Below, piece by piece: positions 48,901 through 60,700 of a stretch of DNA of 64,000 nucleotides (position 1 is the first letter of the stretch; every line of letters starts with the position of its first letter). Origin of the DNA: Oopsacas minuta (Eukaryota; Animalia; Porifera); contig JAKMXF010000034.1 in the NCBI GenBank assembly GCA_024704765.1, positions 1-64,000 on the forward strand, given 5' to 3'. Under the pieces are notes generated by a model. That model searched no databases and was not told where the DNA came from. It saw nothing but the letters and a program-made list of their open reading frames with translations. The position numbers and the translations under genes are program-made.

Positions 48901-51900
48901 TACTGCTTCCAATGTTGTAGGATTGTCTAGTGATACAGTGACAATTACTGTAATACCTCCTCCTCCTCAATTCGTTTCTATTCAACTAGTTGCACCACTA
49001 CCTGTATATGTCGGTGATCCATTCATACTTCAATGTCAATTCAGTACACTGGCTAATGTCACTTCACAGATTAACATTGATTGGTACAGAGATGGAACAT
49101 TATTAGCTAACAGTGGTGATGACAGTATTGTAACTACTAATGCAGGAAGTGAAACTACTAGTGAATTGACAGTTTCAAATTCTATGATCATTCTAGAAGA
49201 TTACCAATGTAGATCTACAGTAGGTGCTAGTCAACAAACAGATTCAGTTACTTATACATTTAACTTCACTCCACCTCCAACTCCTATGATAAGTGTCAAT
49301 CCAGTGGATCCACCGGATCTATATGTCACACAGACAATCAATATTACATGTCAAGTTACTACTCTAGCTAGATTTCAAAGCGGATTAAGGATTGTTTGGT
49401 ATCAGAATGGAAGTATGCTCAGTACAAATGGTAATGTTCAAATTTCAATAATTAACTTGGATGATACCACCACAGAGAGCACGTTATCATTTGGAGATCT
49501 TGTCCTTGTTAATACAGGAGCATATCGTTGTGTAGCACAAGTGTTAAGTGTTTTAAATTCAGAAGCAGTGTCTATTACAACCAATATTCAAGTTGTTCAA
49601 ATTCCTGCTCCTCAATTCGTTTCTATTCAACTAGTTACACCACTACCTGTATATTTCAGCGATCCATTCACACTTCAATGTCAATTCAGTACACTGGCTA
49701 TTGTCACTTCACAGATCGTCATCAATTGGTACAGAGATGGAACATTATTAACTAACAGTAGTGGAGACAGTATTGTAACTACAAATACAGGGAATGAAGC
49801 TATTAGTAAATTGACAGTTTCAAATTCTACGACCATTCAAGGAGATTATCAATGTAAATCTAAAGTAGGTGCTAGTCAACAAACGGTTTCAGATACTTAT
49901 ACATTTAACATCACTCCACCTCCAACTCCTATGATAAGTGTCAATCCAGTGGATCCGCCGGATCTTTATGTCACACAGACAATCAATATTACATGTCAGG
50001 TTACTACTCTAGCTGTATTTCGTAGCGGATTACGCATTGTTTGGTATTACAATGGGAGCATTCTTAATTCAAATGGCAGCGTTTCCATTTCAACCATGAA
50101 CTTGAATGATACTAACACAGAGAGCACGTTAACATTTGGAGATATTGTCCTTGGTAATACAGGAGCATATCGTTGTGTAGCACAAGTGTTAAGTGTTTTA
50201 AATTCAGAAGCAGTGTCTAATACAACCAATATTTCAGTTGTTCAAATTCCTGCTCCTCAATTCTATTCAATTCAGTTGGTAACAACACCGCCTATCTATG
50301 TCAATGATATATTCACTCTTCAATGTCAATTCAGTACTGTACATAATATTAAACCACAGATCGTCATCAATTGGTACAGAGATGGAACATTATTAGCTAA
50401 CAGTGGTGATGACAGTATTGTAACTACTAATACAGAGAATGAAGCTACTAGTGAATTGACAGTTTCAAACTCTATGAATATTCAAGAAGATTACCAATGT
50501 AGATCTACAGTAGGTGCTAGTCAACAAACAGATTCAGTTACTTATACATTTAACTTCACTTCACCTCCAACTCCTATGATAAGTGTCAATCCAGTGGATC
50601 CACCGGATCTATATGTCACACAGACAATCAATATTACATGTCAAGTTACTACTCTAGCTAGATTTCAAAGCGGATTAAGGATTGTTTGGTATCAGGATGG
50701 AAGTATGCTCAGTACAAATGGTAATGTTCAAATTTCAATAATTAACTTGGATGATACCACCACAGAGAGTACATTAACATTTGAAGATCTTGTCCTTGGC
50801 AATACAGGAGCATATCATTGTGTAGCACAAGTGTTAAGTGTTTTGAATTCAGAAGAAGGAATGTCAAGTACAACCAATATTTCGGTTGTTCAAATTCCTG
50901 CTCCTCAATTCTATTCAATTCAGTTGGTAACAACACCGCCTATCTATGTCAATGATATATTCACTCTTCAATGTCAATTCAGTACTGTACATAATATTAA
51001 ACCACAGATCGTCATCAATTGGTACAGAGATGGAACATTATTAGCTAACAGTGGTGATGACAGTATTGTAACTACTAATACAGAGAATGAAGCTACTAGT
51101 GAATTGACAGTTTCAAACTCTATAAATATTCAAGAAGATTACCAATGTAGATCTACAGTAGGTGCTAGTCAACAAACAGTTTCAGTTACTTATACATTTA
51201 ACTTCACTCCACCTCCAACTCCTATGATAAGTGTCAATCCAGTGGATCCACCGGATCTATATGTCACACAAACTATCAACATTACATGTCAGGTTACTAC
51301 TCTAGCTGTATTTCATAGCGGATTAAGCATTGTTTGGTATTTCAATGGAAGCATTCTTAATTCAAATGGCAGCGTTTCCATTTTTACCATGAACTTGAAT
51401 ATTACTAGCACAGAGAGTACGTTAATGTTGGCAGATCTTGTACTTTCTAATACAGGAGCATATCATTGTGTAGCACAAGTGTTAGGCGTTTTGAATTCAG
51501 AAGAAGGAGTGTCAAGCACAACTAATGTTCAAGTTAATTTGCCTCCAGCTGCTGTCTTCAATTCGATTAGCTCTCTTACAGAAGACACTATTTTAATTGG
51601 AGAGGAGCTTATATTAGTTTGTGAGTTCACAATTCTATCTCAGTTTCTTCAATATCTCTCTATAAATTGGTATCATAGCAATACTCTACTGACTGCTAGT
51701 AGTAATGTTCTAATGGAAGAATCGGTTTTAGGTTCTGATATGTTGCAAAGTATCCTTACGATCACGAATACAGCTATATCTAATTCTGGGATGTACTCCT
51801 GTAAAGCAACACTATTGAATTATATCACCACTACTTCTTCATTACTGTCTATTGAGATTGTTGCTGTACCTACTCCGATGTTTGTTAGCATATATGCTTC

Positions 51901-53885
51901 CTCACAAGATCCTGTCTATATTTCAGATTCTTTCTCTCTTTCTTGTGAATTCATAATATCATCCATGTTCATTTCTTCTCTCTCGATTATTTGGTTTCAT
52001 AACGATACCACGATTACATCTTTCTCTAATATTATGATTACTTCAAGCAAAAATGCTGATAATGCAGTTAGTACTTTGAGTGTGTCTAATGCAGGTCTGG
52101 ACAAATCGGGTAGTTACTCCTGTGGAGCAAGTATACCAGAATCAATTATTCAATATTCTACTCTTCTCCAAGTTAATGTTTTGCCAATACCTGCTCCAGA
52201 ATACGTTTCAATCGGATTGAGTAAGAAGCCTGTTTACATTAACGCATCCTTCCAGCTTTATTGTACATTCAATGCATTAACTCGTATCTTACCCTATATT
52301 ACAATCAACTGGTATCATAATTCAACTGAAGTAACTTCATGTCACTCCAGATTTTTGATTAACATCAACCATGATAATGTTAGAATCCTGAACAGTACTT
52401 TATCCGTACAATCTTCTGAAGAATGTCAAGCAGGAGCATATCATTGCGATGCGAACTTTGATCAACTGAATTCTGTTTCTGAAAACTTCCAACTTTCATT
52501 TAATCCAGGTAAGTCTATATTTTGTGTACGACTGAACCATGCGTAATAGCTAATACGAGTTGTGTGAATGATAATACAGAGCGAAAAGGGACTCAGTTGA
52601 ATTTTGAAAATGTGAGTACACTTAGCTGAAATCACATTATTAACCTATTTAGCATAACGAATTTTTCGGGTACTTATCATGAATTTGCTATGATGTGCAC
52701 TATTTACCATACTAGAATACACTCTTATGTACATGAAAAGTTGCTATTAGACGAATTGCAAATATGCAAACAATACTACATATATAACGTACGTGTATAC
52801 AATACTCATAGCCGGTAGAACCGGTTGGACAGGTTAGGTGATTGCTAGACTACTTTTTCTGGAATATGCATTGAATCAATGATATATAGGGACCACTTTT
52901 AAGAGATTGTACATTTTCATTTTGATTACGTCGTGCCTCTTATAACTTACAAGTTAGCTCGTTGGTGTATAGCTTAGAGAGACTATTCGTGTAATCATTA
53001 TACATTAACTAAAATTCGAATAAATCCCGTAATTTATTATATAGATCCGTATGAACAAGAGATAACATCCCTAAATGTATCCTCCAATAATGACAAGTTG
53101 TATCTCCAATGGACAATATCCAAACAACCTATTGCTGACGAATATTTCAGGATTAAGATAATCATGCAGGCAGCAGATGGTTCATTAAAGGTAACGGAAA
53201 CTATTTTACCTTGTGACGTAACATGTCAAGGAAGCAAGGATGTCATTTATGAGCTGACAGACATTGTCATTAATTCGCTATACTTGGCAGAAGTAACGGT
53301 TATTAATTTATACGGACAACAATCAAGAATATATATATTTGATCCTCAAGCTATCTTAACAGATGTATCTGGTACTTCTCAATGTCCTGATGTTAATATA
53401 AGTATCGTAGTCCCACTGATTATAATCATTATGATATTGATATCTGTAATTATGGCCATTTTCATTATTTTCATAATTTGGTATGTAAAGTTTAAGAAAA
53501 TTGTTCCAAAAAGCCAGTGCAAACCTATGCAATCTGACAAAGATTATATTGGAATGTCCTCAAAGGAATCCGCATCTCATGGATATTATAATTTGGGACC
53601 TAATAGAGCTACTGAAGGAGAATCACAGTTCCACGCGGAGAGAACAATTATTGAAACTAATCTAGAGCCGACCTATGCGCATATCGATGAAGATGGTAAG
53701 GTATTTGAGATAGAAGGTAAGCTGATTGGAGAAGAGAAGAGAGATGGAGATTATGAGATAATGAAGTGTGGAGATGATCCACAAAGTGTAACATACTCGA
53801 ATGTAAGTTATTTTGTTATTATTTGATATATTATATTTTTGTTTAGCATACTTTTGAATTTGATTTTTTCCTTTAGCTCTCCTAA
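42941..53885 (+). CDS. Giant type I Ig/FN3 superfamily receptor, ~3,444 aa
   Basis: Exons 42941-52508 (CCAG|GTAAGT, phase 1), 53045-53802 (AAT|GTAAGT) and probably 53877-53885. Signal peptide, many C-x-W-x-Y-x-C Ig domains, FN3 domains, a TM helix (IVVPLIIII...FIIW) and a Tyr-motif tail. Confidence 0.88.
48955..51545 (+). repeat. Four tandem Ig-pair (A+B) units of 645-648 nt inside the giant exon
   Basis: PQF(V/Y)SIQLV and PTPMISVNPVDPPDLYVTQTINITCQVTTLA recur four times. Unit anchors are at 49606, 50251 and 50899. Confidence 0.92.
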
Positions 53886-54004
53886 CTACTATCCTCTGGT
53901 CTATCAGGATATTTTCGTATTATTTATTGAATCAATAGTTTGTGAATATTTGTTTCTTGAAGTTATAATTGTATATATATTTTATTGATGTCTACTCACA
54001 GTCA
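52681..54004 (+). repeat. 1.33-kb inverted duplication; partner at 57627-58955
   Basis: The partial intron, TM/tail exon, last intron and 3' end are reverse complements at roughly 97% identity in the exon. Confidence 0.95.
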
Positions 54005-57000
54005 ACATTCGTAAATTCGAACTTTCACAAATTCTAATTCTTACGAATGAATATGTTCAAACCAGCTAAATAGACATACATTGGATCTGTCCAGCCTGGA
54101 GCAGGAGTCTGGTTTTGAGTAACAACAGTACATTAAATTCCACACAACTTGGATGGTCAATGACATAAACATCTATATTCCTGAGTTAACGCTAGTATAG
54201 CACTGAACGATTTGAGCCTTAGATTCTTTGTACGTTTTTCGAATTCTGCCGATAAAGTGCTCGGAGGTTCTATTTGAGTTTAAGCCTGTTTAGACAGTAT
54301 GGGCCATCGAAGGTGATCTTGTCGCATGACCATGCATTTATCGTATTTACGAAGAAAGTAATCAGAATTCAACAAAACTCGACTAAATATTTCGAATGTT
54401 CTGAATCTGATTTTTAATTACATTTCACTTCATTTGTGCCAATAGAAATTTATGAATAATTTGATATCTGAACGGATTGCATTCTAGGAACAAAATTACA
54501 CCGGTACCGAGAGGCTATAGCTCCCTCAAACAGTAATGGTTAGCACCGCCTCAGCTATTTATTAAGCGGAGAGTCTAAATAAATATTGCACAAAACCAAG
54601 CTGTACTATGCCAGTAATAATTATTTTACTGCAAAAGTTTAATAACCTTTCGTATCTCTATGAATCGCACTATTTGTGAAACTTATTAATTGACTGGTAT
54701 GTCCTACCGAGCATATTATGTGCGATATACGTCCTCTGAGATATGTAAGGTTGTGATCAAAATATTGTACCGTATCTCAGAGACTCTCTTTTCAGACCCA
54801 TTACAGGACTATGATTTTTAGGCGATAAATTAAATCATTCGCATTTATACGAGCATACGAATTTCGTGATAACAGGTTGCTCTAGGATAGAGGAGGAAGA
54901 GAATTTTCTTATTCGAAAATAACAAGTTAGTCAAGCCCTGCCAACTTAAAGAATACGTGTATGATTATGCGCAAGATTAACAATCATAAATTTGCAGGCA
55001 TTAAAAGACTGACATGCCAACTATCCAGTTTTTGGCTGGAAATCCAATCTTTCCTGACTTTTAAGCCAAATTTTATGTCTAGCATAAATGTGGAAAGAAT
55101 ATTGAATAGTCCGGCTTTTAGTTGACAATATAAATTGCCAAGTCGCGCCACAAAACAATACCCAGCTGATTTCTTCCCCCTGTAGGTAAGTATTGAACAT
55201 AATATATAGGTTACTTTTAATATCTAATAAACACATACTACTTGTATTACTATACTATTCAAATTATATAAACACACTCAAACACTCAATGAATCACAGT
55301 TATTGTCTACAGCTTGATTTGAATAACAACACTATTTTCTGCGTGAGCTGGATTAAACACTACTTCAGTTGTCATCTCGATAGGAGTATTAGCATTTTTG
55401 CCCGATCCAAACAAATTACATTTTCTCTTTGGTTTGGGTTGGTCAAGAGAAATTCCTTCCTCAATCATATTTCATCTCCATTAGGGTGGATATATTCGGC
55501 GAAGCTAGTGAAACAATATTATTGGCACACTTTCACTTCGCTTGATTCTACAACTGTGGTGAGACTATCAGTTACCCAGTAATTCTCATTCAAATACCTG
55601 CAAGTATAAGTGAAACCTTCAGAACTCGAAACTACATCAAATCCAATGTAACCTATAATCAGGGGTATATTGTAGGGGAAGGGGGGAGCGGCGCTCCCCG
55701 AAGACAATTTCTAGGGGGAACGCGCTCCTCCACTACAAATTCAAGGAGGAGAGGCGCTCCCTCAATTTAACTTGATTATTGTTATTTTATAATAATAAAG
55801 GTAGATTAAGTTTCGGAGTTGTCCTTCTTTCGTAATCTAGTCAACTCCCCTTAATAGGGTAACATTGGTTCCAGGCCATTCCAACCAATTAAGCGGATTA
55901 AACGTGTTTGCCGGTCTAAGGAATTATGTAACATCGCACTGCACTGTTTTGGCCAAGTGATCCTATCAACAGTGTGGCAATTTAGCATATTCTGGACCAT
56001 CATGCATCATAACAACGGTGCAATTGGGCTTTGCCATACTGTCTCTCAGAAATTAATGGCCCCTACACCTACAGTCATGTGAAATTCCATAAAAGATTAT
56101 TTCATTATCTTTCAACTTACTCAGGGATGTTGTTTTGACAAAAATAGTCCCCCTCACTTTTGAGGATTTCTATAATATTTCTCAACGTTTATATGACTTC
56201 AAAGTTCAAACTATTGTAATAATGGATAAGTAATCAAATAACTATTTGTACATAAACTGGTTATGGCCTCGGACAGGGCAATGCATCATTAATCCTGATT
56301 ATTAAGCAAAATATGAGGGATTAAAATCTTCTTTTCGCATGCGATTTTGTACAGTTAGTAGAACCTCCAAGATCCGCACCTCTTTGTATGCAGAAAGTAA
56401 GAAAATAATATTTTCTTTAGAAAATATACGAGATTTGTTGTTAAGATACGGGCACCTTCCTCAACAGGGCATAGTTTACCACGATTTTGATATTAGCAAA
56501 ATCTCATTTACCATTTACCTAGACTGAATGCAAATCTTAATACCGCACTCGATATTAGTCATGATTCTTGTTGGATATAGTGAGGGTTCGGATTAGCGAG
56601 GTGGTAATTCTCCATTGGATTAGTGTTATTTCACTAATCCGAACGAATATTAAGTAATCACTAATGGGGGGACCAATTTGCAGGGGAGACCATTTTTGTC
56701 AAAACAAAGGTAATTTACATGTAGATTCAATATTGCAGAAATGGTGCATTTTTGCCCGAATAAATGTATTGCATATTTGTAGAAAAGTATATTGTCAACC
56801 ATTTTGCCTATGCTAAAATTCAGGAATGTGTGAAAATATGTGTCTAGTTAGTATTTATTTGTTACAATATTCCATTCTTAGATTACTTATAGTATGGGAA
56901 GTAATGCATCTTTCATTTCAAAGTTAACATATGAAATGATCTCTAGATACTTTTTGCAAAATATCAAAATTATCATGATAAAGTTGCCTCGAGCTTGAAA

Positions 57001-57744
57001 TACCATGGATGACACATTTTATGAATATCCAATTAGAATTCGATAATCGTTAAGATTATTGCCAAATCAGTATAGCAATGAATTGTATGTGCCAAACTTC
57101 CCATATCTTTGTAATACATTTTGATGTGATATCTCTGAATATTATTGCGTAATGTTTGATGGCCAAATATGGGCAAATTCACGTTGACTTCAAATTGATA
57201 ATAGTTATTACATCAAAATGTATAATAAGGATATGGCAAGCCTGATCATACTATAAATTGGCTATACTGATTTGGCAATATGGTTCAAAATTGAGGGCCG
57301 TGCACTGGGTCACTGGGCCAAGAGGTCGTGACTCATGACCCAGGACCCATGGTCCTCTCTGATTCAAATATATTTGGTAGCTCTAAACTGCATGAACGTA
57401 TCGTAAGATGATAGTTTCTTGTATTTGCTGATATTAGTTTTACATACCCAGCATTACAGATCACACAACTTCCGTCAGTAGATCAATACAAGGTACATTA
57501 TATATAATGGATATAGTGATAACACTGTAACGGGGACACATATTTGAGCCAAAATATGCGTCCTCCACATCCCACCCGGCCACCCTAGATTCGGTACTGG
57601 GGCCTACTAACCCCTAAAGATGGCACTGACTGTAAGTAGACATCAATAAAATATATATACAATTATAACTTCAAGAAACAAATATTCACAAACTATTGAT
57701 TCAATAAATAATACGAAATATCCTGATAGACCAGAGGATAGTAG

Positions 57745-60700
57745 TTAGGAGAGCTAAAGGAAAAAATCAAATTCAAAAGTATGCTAAACAAAAATATAAA
57801 ATATCAAATAATAACCAAATAACTTACATTCGAGTATGTTACACTTTGTGGATCATCTTCACAGTTCATTATCTCATAATCTCCATCTCTATTCTCTTCT
57901 CCAATCAGCTTACCTTCTATCTCAAATACCTTACCATCTTCATCAATATGCGCATAGGTCGGCTCTAGATTAGTTTCAATAATTGTTCTCTCCGCGTGGA
58001 ACTGTGATTCTCCTTCAGTAGCTCTATTAGGTCCCAAATTATAATATCCATGAGATGTGGATTCCTTTGAAGACATTTCAATATAATCTTTGTCAGATTG
58101 CATAGGTTTGCACTGGCTTTTTGGAACAATTTTCTTAAACTTTACATACCAAATTATGAAAATAATGAAAATGGCCATAATTACAGATATCAATATTATA
58201 ATGATTATAATCAGTGGGACTACGATACTTATATTAACATCAGGACATTGAGAAGTACCAGATACATCTGTTAAGATAGCTTGAGGATCAAATATATATA
58301 TTCTTGATTGTTGTCCGTATAAATTAATAACCGTTACTTCTGCTAAGTATAGCGAATTAGTGACAATATCTGTCAGCTCATGAATGACATCCTTGCTTCT
58401 TTGACATGTTACCTCACAAGGTAAAATAGTTTCTGTTACCTTTACTGAACCATCTGCTGCCTGCATGGTTATCTTAATCTTGAAATATTCATCAGCAATA
58501 GGTTGTTTGGATATTGTCCATTGGAGATACAACTTGTCATTATTGGAGGATACATTTAGGGATGTTATCTCTTGTTCATACGGATCTATATAATAAATTA
58601 CGGGATTTATTCGAATTTTAGTTAATGTATAATGATTACACGAATAGTCTCTCTAAGCTATACACCAACGAGCTAACTTGTAAGTTATAAGAGGCACGAC
58701 GTAATCAAAATGAAAATGTACAATCTCTTAAAAGTGGTCCCTATATATATCATTGATTCAATGTATATTCCAGAAAAAGTAGTCTAGCAATCGGCTAACC
58801 TGTCCGACCGGTTCTACCGGCTATGAGTATTGTATACACGTACGTTATATACGTATGTAGTGTTGTTTGCATATTTGCAATTCGTCTAATAGCAACTTTT
58901 CATGGACATAAGAGTGTATTCTAGTATAGTAAATAGTGCACATCATAGCAAATTCGCGTATTAGCAACGAAAGTACGAAATATAACATACCGTAAGTGAA
59001 TTTCTATTAATGAAAATTCAATAAATAGAGAATACAACTTACCTGGAGGATATGTTGTATTAACAATTGGTTGTGATTTGATACTAGTTCCTTCTTGGGT
59101 GACTACATTTATACTGATTGAATATTCTGTATTTGGTAATAGGTTAGATATAATCTGTTCATACGGTCCTGAATCTCCATCAGCAAAGTATTGAATTTGT
59201 TGTTCTGTATCTCCAGGAATTTGGTAGAATATGTTAAAACTTTGTAAAGCTCCATTCAAAGTAGTGAAATCATTTTCAAATGAAACTAGTAGTGACATCT
59301 GAGGCGTTCCTATTGGTGCTGTTATTGGGATCACTGTAATAACGATGGGAGGACCGGTAGGAGCTAGAATAGAGAATATAATTATAATACTTGTATACTA
59401 TATTAGAATATACGTATAATAAATATGATACACAAATATCTTGATAAGTAGTTAAATTCATTCGTTTAGACTGAACCAAGTATTTTATGACAAACCATTT
59501 GCAGCTAGAGTTGGAGGTAAAATTGTAACGAAAGGTGTTCGCCCAAGAGCAGTCTGAATAGATACATTAACCTCGTACTCATAATTAGGGAGAAGATCAT
59601 CTAGAGTAATACTATTATCGTCTATAGGGAATGTCATAAAGAGTTCAGGAGTCATATCTATAATCACACGATCGGATTGTCTTCTTCTTCTCATATCAGT
59701 TGGAAATACGCTGTCTTCAAATAGGAATCCTTGGTAAAAACTGGTATATCCAGTAGCTGGGGAATTTAGTAATGATACTGGAACAAAAGGGATAATTAGA
59801 GTTATACTTGTTGAAGTGGTTTGATTCATTACATCATCAGGTGTAAATACTGGTACAGTAGGAGGAGAAACTAAAGAAAAGTTAACATAATGTAGTAGTA
59901 TAATAAATCCTGTATTTAATGATATTAAATGCATTGGAGTATAGCTCTGACCTTGGCTGAACAGAGGTCCGATTGTTTCAATGATCACCGTGTCAGTTCA
60001 TTTTAGCGCGAATCCAACTTTCCACCCATGTACCCCCTGTTGTCGTTCGTGGAACACAAATTGCACTCATGTTGGACACAGTATAGTTTAGCCTTTGCAC
60101 TAAACAACCAACCTGCTTCTGTCATGATATATCTGGTCTGACTCGAAGCACCTAAGCCAGCTCCATTTCTAACTCTTACACTAACTACATACATCGTTCC
60201 TTCGTCTACATTATCGAAACATACCATAATGATAGTAGATTGGACACTATAGCAACTAGCATCATTTATATTACATGTTCTGTTACTGGGACCTGATATT
60301 TGAATACTCGATAAGTTTACAAAATATCTGTCAATTAAACCATTTTGATCAATTGCTGGTGGGTTGGTAAATCGTACACATATTTGTGTAGGATTATTAC
60401 TTGATACAGTAAGAATATTTGGAGCAGCAGACACTAAAAGAATAAGAAAACACAATCAATTCTATGTATGTAAGTTTGTTTACTGTTTTGAATATGAAAT
60501 AATGCATCCTTAGCATGCCAATGTCACATTTACTGACAAAGCCCTGTCATTGTGGCGTAAGATTTGAAAGGACCTGAGTATGAGTAGTCTTAACATATTC
60601 AACAAACCTGCTTCATTAGTTAACTGCACTACTCCATTTGTGTATTCACTTGTTCCTGCTACATTAATAGCTCTAACACTAATAGTATAATTATTATACT

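Noticed and set aside
55270-55660. Minus-strand coding-like text in the spacer between the inverted tails (GFTYTCRY..., KPKRKCNLFG...)
   Set aside because: It contains in-frame stops and a frame change, and no consistent splice model or family match was found. It may be a decayed exon.
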